A stretch of 32,000 nucleotides of DNA from assembly GCA_002794465.1 (NCBI GenBank), contig MTSL01000168.1:36011-68010 (forward strand), written 5' to 3'. This document shows positions 17,613 through 26,529 of this stretch, piece by piece; within the stretch, counting starts at the first letter, position 1; the number at the start of each line of letters is the position of its first letter. The position numbers and the translations under genes are program-made. The DNA is from Paramicrosporidium saccamoebae KSL3. Its lineage: Eukaryota; Fungi; Cryptomycota. The notes beneath the pieces are model-generated. The model saw only the letters and a program-made list of their open reading frames with translations. It searched no databases and was not told where the DNA came from.

Positions 17613-19745
17613 ATGATGTCGGAGACCAAAACAGAACGACAAGTGGCGGCAATTGAGCTTTTGAATGAGCTACTGGGTGACGACGTCCACCTGTGTCGGA
17701 TCGACGAACATCGCTCAACTCTTGCCGCCCGTCTGGCTACACTGCGTGCACAAATCGAAACCCAACATCTCCAAATGACCGTCATCGCACAGGACCGACG
17801 TCACAAATATACCTATGTGGCTGAGAGTAATGGTCGGGCGTTAGTACGAGCTCGGGAAGTAGTGAAACTGGTAGAGACGGTGGCGGAACAGGTGAAAGAT
17901 ATTGTGGAGCGCACTGAGAAACTGAACCGGAACCAAAAGGAACTGACCACATTCATCACCCGACTGGAGAGACTGCGCTCCTTTGTGGAGAACATTGACC
18001 GATTAGAAAAGCTCATGTTGGGTCGGGAATATGAGCGCATTGGCAGTCTGTTGCTTGCAACACAACAGTTTGCAGAACAATTCCAGGAGATGCGGGAAAG
18101 GTCATTTGTTGGGGAGCAACTTGGACGGTTCGACTACCTACAAAAGATGCTGCAACGACAAGTCCTCGAGTTATTTGATGAGACTATGCGACGTCGGGGC
18201 AGTGTAAACGCAGCCCAATCAATCAATCTGGCCCATGCTGCCGTTGTTATCGACGTACTTGGCGAGGCGTCGCAAAGGGCTCTCATCCGATGGTATTGCG
18301 ACCGCCAGTTGGGAGACTACAAGGACGTCTTCCGTGGAAATCGAGAATTGGCTAATCTGGAGAGCATCCCAAAGAGATATGCCTGGCTGAAGCGCTTGAT
18401 GGTTGTATATGAGGCTGAGCATGCGTTCATCTTTCCGGTGGAATGGAAAGTAGATCAGGTGCTTTGCTTAGACTTTTGTGCAGTCACCAGCCATGACATT
18501 GCGGGAGTCATGCAGTCCTTCAATGGTGCAAAAATTAATCTTACCCTGCTCCAGACAGCTGTGCAGCAGACCCGTTCTTTTGAACAGTTCCTGCATCGGA
18601 AATATCCAAAAAATCCGGGACTGTCAATTTCTCTGGCGTTTGAGCCGTTTCTCTTTTATTTCATCGACTCGCATGATCAAGCGCTGCTTAAATTCAAGAG
18701 CCGTCTCCCCGTCAAACTGACATTGGCTGACTTTGACGCTTCCAACGTCCTGACCAGCGCCTCGGAGCTGTTTCTCCTCTTTCGGGAGATTCTGCAAGAC
18801 ATTTCAGAGCTTTCCGTTAAGAAGCCACTGGCCGACTTGTGCAAAATGTTTGGCTCTCATTTGGGCACTTATTCTAAATATCTGGAAGAGCGTCTGCCGC
18901 GCATGGGAAAAAAGCCCTTTGTGTCATTTGACGTGCGTACATTGTGTGTGGTGCTGAACACGACAGATTACTGCTATTTGACAACCGTGTCCATGGCAGA
19001 GCGCATTAGAGAAATCATTCATCCGCATTTCAGCGAGTCGGTGGCCTTTGATGGTGCACAACAAGACTTTCTTGTACACGTTTCAGTTGGTATTGGACGA
19101 CTGCATCTCTCCATATCCTCCACTCTCGACGCCTGTTGGACATTGATGTCTTCTATCAGTTGGTCGGGATTAAAGTCGGTTGGGGATCATTCTGCTTACG
19201 TAAGCCAAATCCAGAGGACTCTGGCTGACCAGCAGCCAATAATCCGCTCCACATTGGTGGGATCCAAACATTACGTTGCCCTCTGTCATCGTCTAGCCAC
19301 CTCTATTGTCTCGCGCTTTTCTGATAATGTAAAGAAGATTAAGCATCTTAACGATTTTGCCGCGCAACAATTGCTCGTTGATCTGGAGGCACTGCGCATC
19401 ATGTTACTCGATCTCCTGCGATTAGGCGATTATGGTGCGCTTAGAACACCGTTTGCCAAGTTGGTTGCCTCTGAGACGGCTGATGTGGAGGGTTTTCTCA
19501 AGTGCGTCATGGCACCCACAGAACCCGCCTCGGTGTTTGTGCAAAATTATCTGCTTGTTCGAGCTGATGTTGAGGAGAGCAAGTTTCTCGCCGTCCTTGA
19601 AGTCAAGGGCATCCGACGGACTACACTCTACCTGGACGAGTTTCGTAGCCACGTCCCTAAGAGGCCGTCTGAGCAGGGCCGAGAACTCAAGTTCTTCCGG
19701 ATCGATGAGCATCTCAAGAAAATCTTACAGGCAGTCAAGTTATAA
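17613..19745 (+). CDS. VPS53: GARP complex subunit Vps53, 710 aa
   Basis: N-terminal coiled coil; WYCDRQLGDYKDVFRGNRE…KRYAWLKR…FIFPVEW; VLNTTDYC; AAQQLLVDL. Confidence 0.9.
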   Translation: MMSETKTERQVAAIELLNELLGDDVHLCRIDEHRSTLAARLATLRAQIETQHLQMTVIAQDRRHKYTYVAESNGRALVRAREVVKLVETVAEQVKDIVERTEKLNRNQKELTTFITRLERLRSFVENIDRLEKLMLGREYERIGSLLLATQQFAEQFQEMRERSFVGEQLGRFDYLQKMLQRQVLELFDETMRRRGSVNAAQSINLAHAAVVIDVLGEASQRALIRWYCDRQLGDYKDVFRGNRELANLESIPKRYAWLKRLMVVYEAEHAFIFPVEWKVDQVLCLDFCAVTSHDIAGVMQSFNGAKINLTLLQTAVQQTRSFEQFLHRKYPKNPGLSISLAFEPFLFYFIDSHDQALLKFKSRLPVKLTLADFDASNVLTSASELFLLFREILQDISELSVKKPLADLCKMFGSHLGTYSKYLEERLPRMGKKPFVSFDVRTLCVVLNTTDYCYLTTVSMAERIREIIHPHFSESVAFDGAQQDFLVHVSVGIGRLHLSISSTLDACWTLMSSISWSGLKSVGDHSAYVSQIQRTLADQQPIIRSTLVGSKHYVALCHRLATSIVSRFSDNVKKIKHLNDFAAQQLLVDLEALRIMLLDLLRLGDYGALRTPFAKLVASETADVEGFLKCVMAPTEPASVFVQNYLLVRADVEESKFLAVLEVKGIRRTTLYLDEFRSHVPKRPSEQGRELKFFRIDEHLKKILQAVKL

Positions 19746-19803
19746 TAGATTTGTGTTTGATTTTAATTAAATAATGGAATTACCACAGTTGACACGGCCG
19801 TTA

Positions 19804-21297
19804 ATGTGGCCCTTGGTATTGACTTTGGCGTGGGGTCTAGGTGAGGCTCTTCGACTGGCTGCAACCGGATCCGACTTGCAGTTTACTGTGCAACTCGAGG
19901 TGCTGTTTGCATGTATCAAATATGAGGAGCAGGATGTGCTGTGGAATGTAGCGGGTTGGCTGATGGCTGCACCAACGTCGGTGCGCGAATCATACCGTCA
20001 AACTACCGTCCCTGATGTGTTATGGATATTCCATCACGTCTTTGAACACAAGACTCTGCATAATATTTTGCTACCGCTAGAGTTTTTGGCGAACAATCCA
20101 TTACTCTTAGAGCTAGTGGATGAGCATTGGAACGAGTACAACTTGGATAAAATTGAACTCGGATCATATCCCGAGGTGCTAGACTATGACCCATGGTATA
20201 GTCGCACAGCCGATTATCTGATGGCTCAGCCCTACAAGGCGAATGGATTGGCCGCCATTTCTGCGTGCTGGAAAGGACATCTGGCCTTTTGGGAGATTCA
20301 TACCATCGGACAGGTTTCGAGTTGTCAACATTCCGAACAGTTGTTAAAGCTGCCAGTTCTGCTCAGAATAATCCAGTGCCGCCTTCAGGAGCCCGAGCGA
20401 GTGCCAAGCACGCATCTTGGCGTCCCCCACAGTTTGGAAGCAGCGCTCATCAATACACTGCTCTCTACGAGTGATGTGTTGCACGTCTATATTAAAGTTG
20501 TGACAAGGATTAAAGAACTGGTCGATCATGACGGCATGCGGGCATTATGGCATGGCAAAGTGACCTATTTGGCATTGAATAACCCAAGTATTCCCTTTGA
20601 GCACGTGATACTCCTCTTAAAGGACTACTTTTCTGCATACCAATGTGACGAATATCAATTCGATCTTATCCAGCGGATCGCAGTCCAGGAGAACATGCGC
20701 CGTCCAAGGCCGGTCTATAACGACTCGTTACTGAGCATAGTGATGAGACAACTGGCGATGCATCATCAAGGGTTGGTGCCGTTCTGGGCGGGAAAGTCCA
20801 GGCGATTGCAGCATTGGAGGGGCACGCTACGCTCAATGGGACAGTATTCCCCACCGCCAGAGGCTTGCGGTTGGCGAGCCGTTTGTGCATTATTTGGCAC
20901 GGAACAACAGTTTCCTGTAATGTCCCGCTGGTTCACTGATCCATTCGTCTTGAAAAATAGGAATGGTGAGCTTACTACCTGCCACGATCTTGACTGTTTC
21001 ATCCCAACATATGCTGCTATTGTCCTCTCAGAGAGCGGTTTGTTCACAAGGACCCCCGTGGGAAATGCGTTCAGCGGTGCTCCGAGTATCCCAGCCGTCT
21101 GGAGAACTATTGCTAGGATCATTGTCCTCGGCTTGGTATATTACCAGCACGATGTCTTTAATCTATCACCCGAGACTTGGGACCTATTCCATACTGCGCC
21201 GACGGAAGTGGATCCTTGGGACCAACATTTTAGGAATAATGGATTATCCTTTACTCACCAAGTCCTTCAGGCCACTAGAGTGCTGCAATACCTATAG
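19804..21297 (+). CDS. secreted family paralog P1 (unknown function, truncated HECT-like C-terminus), 497 aa from the second ATG
   Basis: Signal peptide MWPLVLTLAWGLGEA-LR (alternative ATG at 19774); shared motifs ALWHGK, CX5C and DVF. Confidence 0.85.
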   Translation: MWPLVLTLAWGLGEALRLAATGSDLQFTVQLEVLFACIKYEEQDVLWNVAGWLMAAPTSVRESYRQTTVPDVLWIFHHVFEHKTLHNILLPLEFLANNPLLLELVDEHWNEYNLDKIELGSYPEVLDYDPWYSRTADYLMAQPYKANGLAAISACWKGHLAFWEIHTIGQVSSCQHSEQLLKLPVLLRIIQCRLQEPERVPSTHLGVPHSLEAALINTLLSTSDVLHVYIKVVTRIKELVDHDGMRALWHGKVTYLALNNPSIPFEHVILLLKDYFSAYQCDEYQFDLIQRIAVQENMRRPRPVYNDSLLSIVMRQLAMHHQGLVPFWAGKSRRLQHWRGTLRSMGQYSPPPEACGWRAVCALFGTEQQFPVMSRWFTDPFVLKNRNGELTTCHDLDCFIPTYAAIVLSESGLFTRTPVGNAFSGAPSIPAVWRTIARIIVLGLVYYQHDVFNLSPETWDLFHTAPTEVDPWDQHFRNNGLSFTHQVLQATRVLQYL

Positions 21298-21338
21298 ACA
21301 ACATCTGCCAGGGCTGAAGTCGACCCGAATCTTCCTTT

Positions 21339-22850
21339 ATGCTTCATTATGCCATTTTTACTCTGTTGTGCTATACCGAGGCACTGGTAATTAAGACTAG
21401 TATTTCAGACCTCAGGTACACCCACCAAGGGTGTATAATGTCAATATTTGACAATCTACGTTATGACCAGGAGACTCTTGAGGGTCTCTCTACGGTACTA
21501 ATATCGAATCCTTCGCCGCACATTCAGGACGCATGGTGTGCGGCGTATCTAGACAAGGACGCTTCTCAGTTGGTATTTGACTCGTACATTCATAGGAAAG
21601 AGTGGCATCATTTGCTATTGCCCTTGGACTTGATCTTGTCAAACAAACACTTGGCAGAATTAGTAGATGCCAATTGGAGCATGTATCGGCCTGCATATTA
21701 CTCTTTGAATCATGACTATCCGATTATGAGCCAAGTCAACTGGCAGAGGAATATTTTCAAGGCGATAGAACAAAATCCTGCCCTCATAAAGGGGAGGCTC
21801 GGCGAATATGGTGTGTCTCAGGGCCAATTGGAGCTCTGGTATGTGGAAACGTACGATGTGACGCTAAATAGCGATATCGTGGCAAAATGGCTTGAGAAAT
21901 TGAAAATTTGGCTTCTGGTGCAACTTCAGGCTCATCTCACTGATCCGCAATACAGCATGGAGAATGCTTCTTCATGGTTCCCATATGATGCCAGGGACAG
22001 ACTCATTTTTCACAAATTTAATTCAAACCCACTGAAGCATTATCAAACGCTATTAACACGGATCACGATACTACTGGGAGACATGCCTGAATCTAACGTT
22101 GCGTTATGGCACGGAAAGTTGCTCTATGCTCTACTGCACTTGGCAGAAACTTTACCCAAACAACAGATTGAAGAGTTTCTTATAAGCTACTCGCCGCTAA
22201 ACTATCAAGAGGCAACACTTTTGGATCTTAGGCCTTGGTTTATTAAGACTGGAATGTTCCAAACGTGTCCGTCTTCTCCACTGAACTCCAAGATGCGGCA
22301 GCTTGGGGAACTGCACTCGACAATGTTGCCGACTGTCCGTGGAGATGCCAAGTTCTTAATGTTTTGGAATGATGTGCGGGGGTTCGCGAGGCCCCTCAGG
22401 CCATCCTCGACACCCTGCACTTGGCTGGATATCTGTAGATTAATTGCAAGAATCCCTCCAGATGAAATATTACCTCCAAAGTTTGAGAGGCCGATTACTA
22501 TTCAGTCTGCGTCGTCACAGCCACTGCAGGTATATAGTGACATCTATGACTTGCTCCGTGTTTTGCCGTCCTGGCTAACCGAACAAAGCTATGTCTCTAC
22601 GATATTTTTCGACCTCACATCAGAATCCCCCTTAAATAGGTACGTGCCCATTTTTCAAGCAATTGGAAGGCTGCTCGTGTGGGGCATTCATTATACTGGT
22701 CAAGACGTATTCAATTTTGGTCCCTCCGTATGGGATTGTCTATTATACAATTGGAACTATAGAGTGCTTGATTATACCGCCTCGGAGAATATATCAGCCG
22801 TTCTGAGTTGGCACAAGATTTACATTAACCCCCCATCTGTGCACACCTAG
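21339..22850 (+). CDS. secreted family paralog P2, 503 aa
   Basis: Signal peptide MLHYAIFTLLCYTEA-LV; YDQETLEGL, LPLDLILSN, ALWHGKLL, CTWLDIC, IGRLLVWG…QDVF. Confidence 0.87.
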   Translation: MLHYAIFTLLCYTEALVIKTSISDLRYTHQGCIMSIFDNLRYDQETLEGLSTVLISNPSPHIQDAWCAAYLDKDASQLVFDSYIHRKEWHHLLLPLDLILSNKHLAELVDANWSMYRPAYYSLNHDYPIMSQVNWQRNIFKAIEQNPALIKGRLGEYGVSQGQLELWYVETYDVTLNSDIVAKWLEKLKIWLLVQLQAHLTDPQYSMENASSWFPYDARDRLIFHKFNSNPLKHYQTLLTRITILLGDMPESNVALWHGKLLYALLHLAETLPKQQIEEFLISYSPLNYQEATLLDLRPWFIKTGMFQTCPSSPLNSKMRQLGELHSTMLPTVRGDAKFLMFWNDVRGFARPLRPSSTPCTWLDICRLIARIPPDEILPPKFERPITIQSASSQPLQVYSDIYDLLRVLPSWLTEQSYVSTIFFDLTSESPLNRYVPIFQAIGRLLVWGIHYTGQDVFNFGPSVWDCLLYNWNYRVLDYTASENISAVLSWHKIYINPPSVHT

Positions 22851-22960
22851 TTAATTCGGAATTAATTAAAAGATTACTTAGTCTGAGGTTGTGATAAAAA
22901 ACCGTTATCCGTCCATAGGTTGCAGACTGCGGACCACAGCGCACAGGCATACTCTCTCTC

Positions 22961-23010
22961 TAACTACTAACTACTAACTACCAACTACTAACTGACTGAC
23001 CAACTAACTT
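22961..23010. repeat. (TAACTAC)n 7-bp microsatellite containing three TACTAAC
   Basis: TAACTAC TAACTAC TAACTAC CAACTAC TAACTG…; TACTAAC at 22965, 22972 and 22986. Confidence 0.85.
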
Positions 23011-23019
23011 GACTGATAG

Positions 23020-24519
23020 ATGCTCCTATGTTGGATGCTGATGGTGCCATGGCAGGTATCTGCATTGCGACTGCATTGTAAGCCGCGCGGACTGGATTTT
23101 TTGCTGACAAATTACACGCCTCTTTTTCAAAATCTCGATTACGCTGATGACCGTACCTTGGATGCACTCTCTGCCATTGTGACAGAGAGATTACCGGCCG
23201 TGGCGTTTCATGCGTACCGGATGCTAAGCTTGTCGCCGGGACAATGCGAGGCCCTCTATAGACGGTTCGTCGGCCGTCCAGAATTACATCGCTGGATGCT
23301 GCCGTTGATGCTAATCCTCAACAATCCGACTTTGACCAAGATTGTGGATTGGGAGGGTCATCGCCACGATGCCTTTGCCATTGCAGATAATCTGGCCATC
23401 TTAAATGAAGAGCCATGGAAAACTCGAATTGTCAAGGCCGTTGTAGACAACCCTGCCCTACTGGAGTCTAGCCAGCTGGCCAGAGTGGCGTCCATGCCGT
23501 CCTGGCTCAATCCGTATCACTTGTACTCTACATCGTCTTTCAGGGAATGGCTTGCAAAATTACCACCATTGCTCTTGTTGGTGCAGATGGCAGCATCGGG
23601 GGTCACTTGGTTGTTTCCCCACCTAATAGTCCCTGATAGCGAGGATATAAGTTCCTTTAACAAGTTCCAAGGAGATCTGATGGATGAAGATAAGTTTGCA
23701 ATTGTGTTAAAGCGCATTATGGGACATTTAGAGACGGAGCAAGACTCAGTAAAGGCCATCTGGCATGGAAAACTGGTGCAGCTTGTCCTCCCCCCTGATA
23801 ATGCTAACCACTTGCCGCTCTCCATCATTCTTGACTATTTCAACGCCTATGCAACTGAAGATTATCAATTTGGAATGGTTCAAGGTCTGGCCAACTCGAT
23901 TATTCTTCGTCAGCCCCTTTCCGAGTCGATTCCGTATCATGTAAGATCGAAATTGGATCAACTCAAGATAAGATTCCCATCGCTACAGCCCTTCTGGGGG
24001 CTACGAGCAGACTACACTCGGCATTGGCGCAGAGAGTTAATCTCCAGAGGAGTTTTCGTCCCGCCCTTGCACGTCTGTGACCTACAAGACTCCTGTCTAG
24101 TGCTTGCCAAAATATGCGTATCAGCTTTGTGGCTAGTCCATCCTACGTTTGCTAATCCCTTTCTTATACAACATGGTGAGAAGGTAGTATCTTGCAAAGA
24201 TGTATATTGTCTGCTGGACCTGATTCCTTCACTGCTCGTCGCGGATGGAGCGATTGAGAGCACTGTGAACGGGGCAGTGCTTGGTTCCGCTCAGCAATCG
24301 ACTGTCGTATGGCTCACCATCGGTCTTTTGATCTCATGGGGTTTTGTATATAGTGACCGGGACGTGTTCGGCTTTAACGATAGCCAGTGGCAGCTGGTGT
24401 ACGATTTGGCCTCTAAGCCCGTTAATATAGAGGATGGGCACGAGGGATTGGCCGTGATTGTAAAGAATCTCATGTTGCAGGGCTTTTTTCGAGCCACCCG
24501 TAATCATTACATTAGATAA
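23020..24519 (+). CDS. secreted family paralog P3, 499 aa
   Basis: Signal peptide ending VSA-LR; YADDRTLDAL, EPWKTRI, AIWHGKL, PFWGLR…RHWRR, CDLQDSC, IGLLISWG…RDVF. Confidence 0.87.
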   Translation: MLLCWMLMVPWQVSALRLHCKPRGLDFLLTNYTPLFQNLDYADDRTLDALSAIVTERLPAVAFHAYRMLSLSPGQCEALYRRFVGRPELHRWMLPLMLILNNPTLTKIVDWEGHRHDAFAIADNLAILNEEPWKTRIVKAVVDNPALLESSQLARVASMPSWLNPYHLYSTSSFREWLAKLPPLLLLVQMAASGVTWLFPHLIVPDSEDISSFNKFQGDLMDEDKFAIVLKRIMGHLETEQDSVKAIWHGKLVQLVLPPDNANHLPLSIILDYFNAYATEDYQFGMVQGLANSIILRQPLSESIPYHVRSKLDQLKIRFPSLQPFWGLRADYTRHWRRELISRGVFVPPLHVCDLQDSCLVLAKICVSALWLVHPTFANPFLIQHGEKVVSCKDVYCLLDLIPSLLVADGAIESTVNGAVLGSAQQSTVVWLTIGLLISWGFVYSDRDVFGFNDSQWQLVYDLASKPVNIEDGHEGLAVIVKNLMLQGFFRATRNHYIR

Positions 24520-24772
24520 ATTGCCTATTGATGTGTGAGTATTTGGGTTGTTTCAGTACAAGATTCAGAATATGTTCCAGCATAGAGTCTGGGACCGATT
24601 ACAATTTACGCTGTCATCTATGCATATTGATTGCTGCCATGTACAATAATACTAAGCGCTAACAGCCCATAACCCCGCGTTATTAACTGCAGGAAGATCT
24701 GACCTTGATAAAATACTTTAACCCATATATAGCTGCTACATTGAACATTGGGTAGGGGATGTGCACTAAGCC

Positions 24773-26296
24773 ATGATGGGTATATTACCGTTGATAGTGC
24801 CTATTGCTGCATTGACGCTGAAATGCCAACCGTCAGAGCTGTACTACGTTGCACCAAACCCTGCTATCATCTTCAACAGTCTGGACTATACTGACAGGCT
24901 TACACTGGATTCTCTACCCTCGCTGTTGACAGCCGATTTACCCCTTAAGATGCAAGATTCCTACGATGCGCAGCTATTTTCTCTGGAAGAGTCTTTGGCG
25001 CTTCATGAGCGATTTGCGGAACACACAGATCTTCGTCCCTGGATATTGCCGGTCCCACTGATCTTCAACAACCCGACGTTGCAGGATCTCGTCGACTGGT
25101 CACTATATAGCCAAGACGTGGTTGAAATATCGAGTGCGTTGCCTTCGCTGCTGGAGCAGGAGCCATGGAAAACACGAATCATTGGGGCAGTAATTGACGA
25201 TCCGGCAAAGTTAGGAAGAGGACAAGTTTCCTGGGCAGTACGAGACGGTGGACTTTCATCGTGCTTAAACCCAATAATTGAGTTTTCCGAAGAAGAATCA
25301 AGAAAATGGAAGGCTGAACTGCCGTTGTTATTGGTGATAATTCAGTTGTATTATATGCCCAATTCAACTTTTGATGTGGTAGCTGATAAGGAGTCGAGTG
25401 CGGATATGGTATCCTTTATAAAATTCCTAAAGGAGCCACACATCATATCCTACCAGGATGTACTCACAAGCGTATTCGGACATTTGAAAGGTAGCAATGA
25501 GTCAATCAAGGCTATCTGGCATGGAAAGCTACTGATCATCGCCTCTGCTTATAACAAGAGCCAGTTTGCAAATGCTCTGCCAGCAATGGTGATGGAGTAC
25601 TTTTGTGTTTATGATACAACCGCTTACCAGTATGGGATGGTGTCCCAAATAGGATTTGTAATCTTGAGACAACGAATTTTGACAGAACCAATTAATCCGG
25701 CTCTTGAATTACGGCTGACACAGATCCAGAAACGATTTAGATGGATGAAACCCATATGGGGGCCCCGGGAGGCATACCTCCGTCACTGGCGACGCAATTT
25801 ACGGTCCCGTGGTATAATTCGTCCGCCTCTGGAGCCATGTGATTTCGGGAGAGTGTGTCGATGGCTGTCAAAAATTGCACGATCGAAATTGTGGATGATC
25901 CATCCAACATTTGCAAATCCATTGCTAATTCACGATGGTGGAGAGTTGAGCCGGTGTGATAGTGTTCATTGTCTGCTGAGTATCCTTCCGCCAAAGTTGC
26001 AATCCCTGGGGGCATTTATAGAGACACCTGATGGATTCCAAATCAACACTGTAGAATTGCCGTCGTTTGTGTGGGAGAGCATTGGCCTATTAATCTCATG
26101 GGGCTACGTCTTTCTCAGCCGTGATGTATTCCACCTGAGTGACGTGATGTGGCACTCCATGTATAATGTGGCCGACGGAATTAAGACACCAGAATTTACC
26201 ACCATATATGGCAACCATGCCGGGACAGGCTTCGTGATGGATCTGCTATCACGGTATGACTTTTTTCGAGCGACAGTCAATCAATACATTAAATGA
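24773..26296 (+). CDS. secreted family paralog P4, 507 aa
   Basis: Short signal peptide ending IAA-LT; YTDRLTLDSL, EPWKTRI, AIWHGKLL, RHWRR, CDFGRVC, IGLLISWG…RDVF. Confidence 0.87.
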   Translation: MMGILPLIVPIAALTLKCQPSELYYVAPNPAIIFNSLDYTDRLTLDSLPSLLTADLPLKMQDSYDAQLFSLEESLALHERFAEHTDLRPWILPVPLIFNNPTLQDLVDWSLYSQDVVEISSALPSLLEQEPWKTRIIGAVIDDPAKLGRGQVSWAVRDGGLSSCLNPIIEFSEEESRKWKAELPLLLVIIQLYYMPNSTFDVVADKESSADMVSFIKFLKEPHIISYQDVLTSVFGHLKGSNESIKAIWHGKLLIIASAYNKSQFANALPAMVMEYFCVYDTTAYQYGMVSQIGFVILRQRILTEPINPALELRLTQIQKRFRWMKPIWGPREAYLRHWRRNLRSRGIIRPPLEPCDFGRVCRWLSKIARSKLWMIHPTFANPLLIHDGGELSRCDSVHCLLSILPPKLQSLGAFIETPDGFQINTVELPSFVWESIGLLISWGYVFLSRDVFHLSDVMWHSMYNVADGIKTPEFTTIYGNHAGTGFVMDLLSRYDFFRATVNQYIK

Positions 26297-26529
26297 GCAG
26301 CTATGTCTCATTGCAAACCTTGCGTCATAGCCAGTTGTGGTAAAGACCTTTTGGAAATTTCCGATCCGTTGTATATTTGTGAGGCCTATAGTCATGGAGA
26401 AAGCCTGGTCTGTAGATGTGATATATGATATATGGTATACCATCACACGTCAGTAAATACATTAAACGAGTCATATGACCAAAAATTGTAGATTGCAATA
26501 AATTCTCATGAAATTGAATTATAACCACA

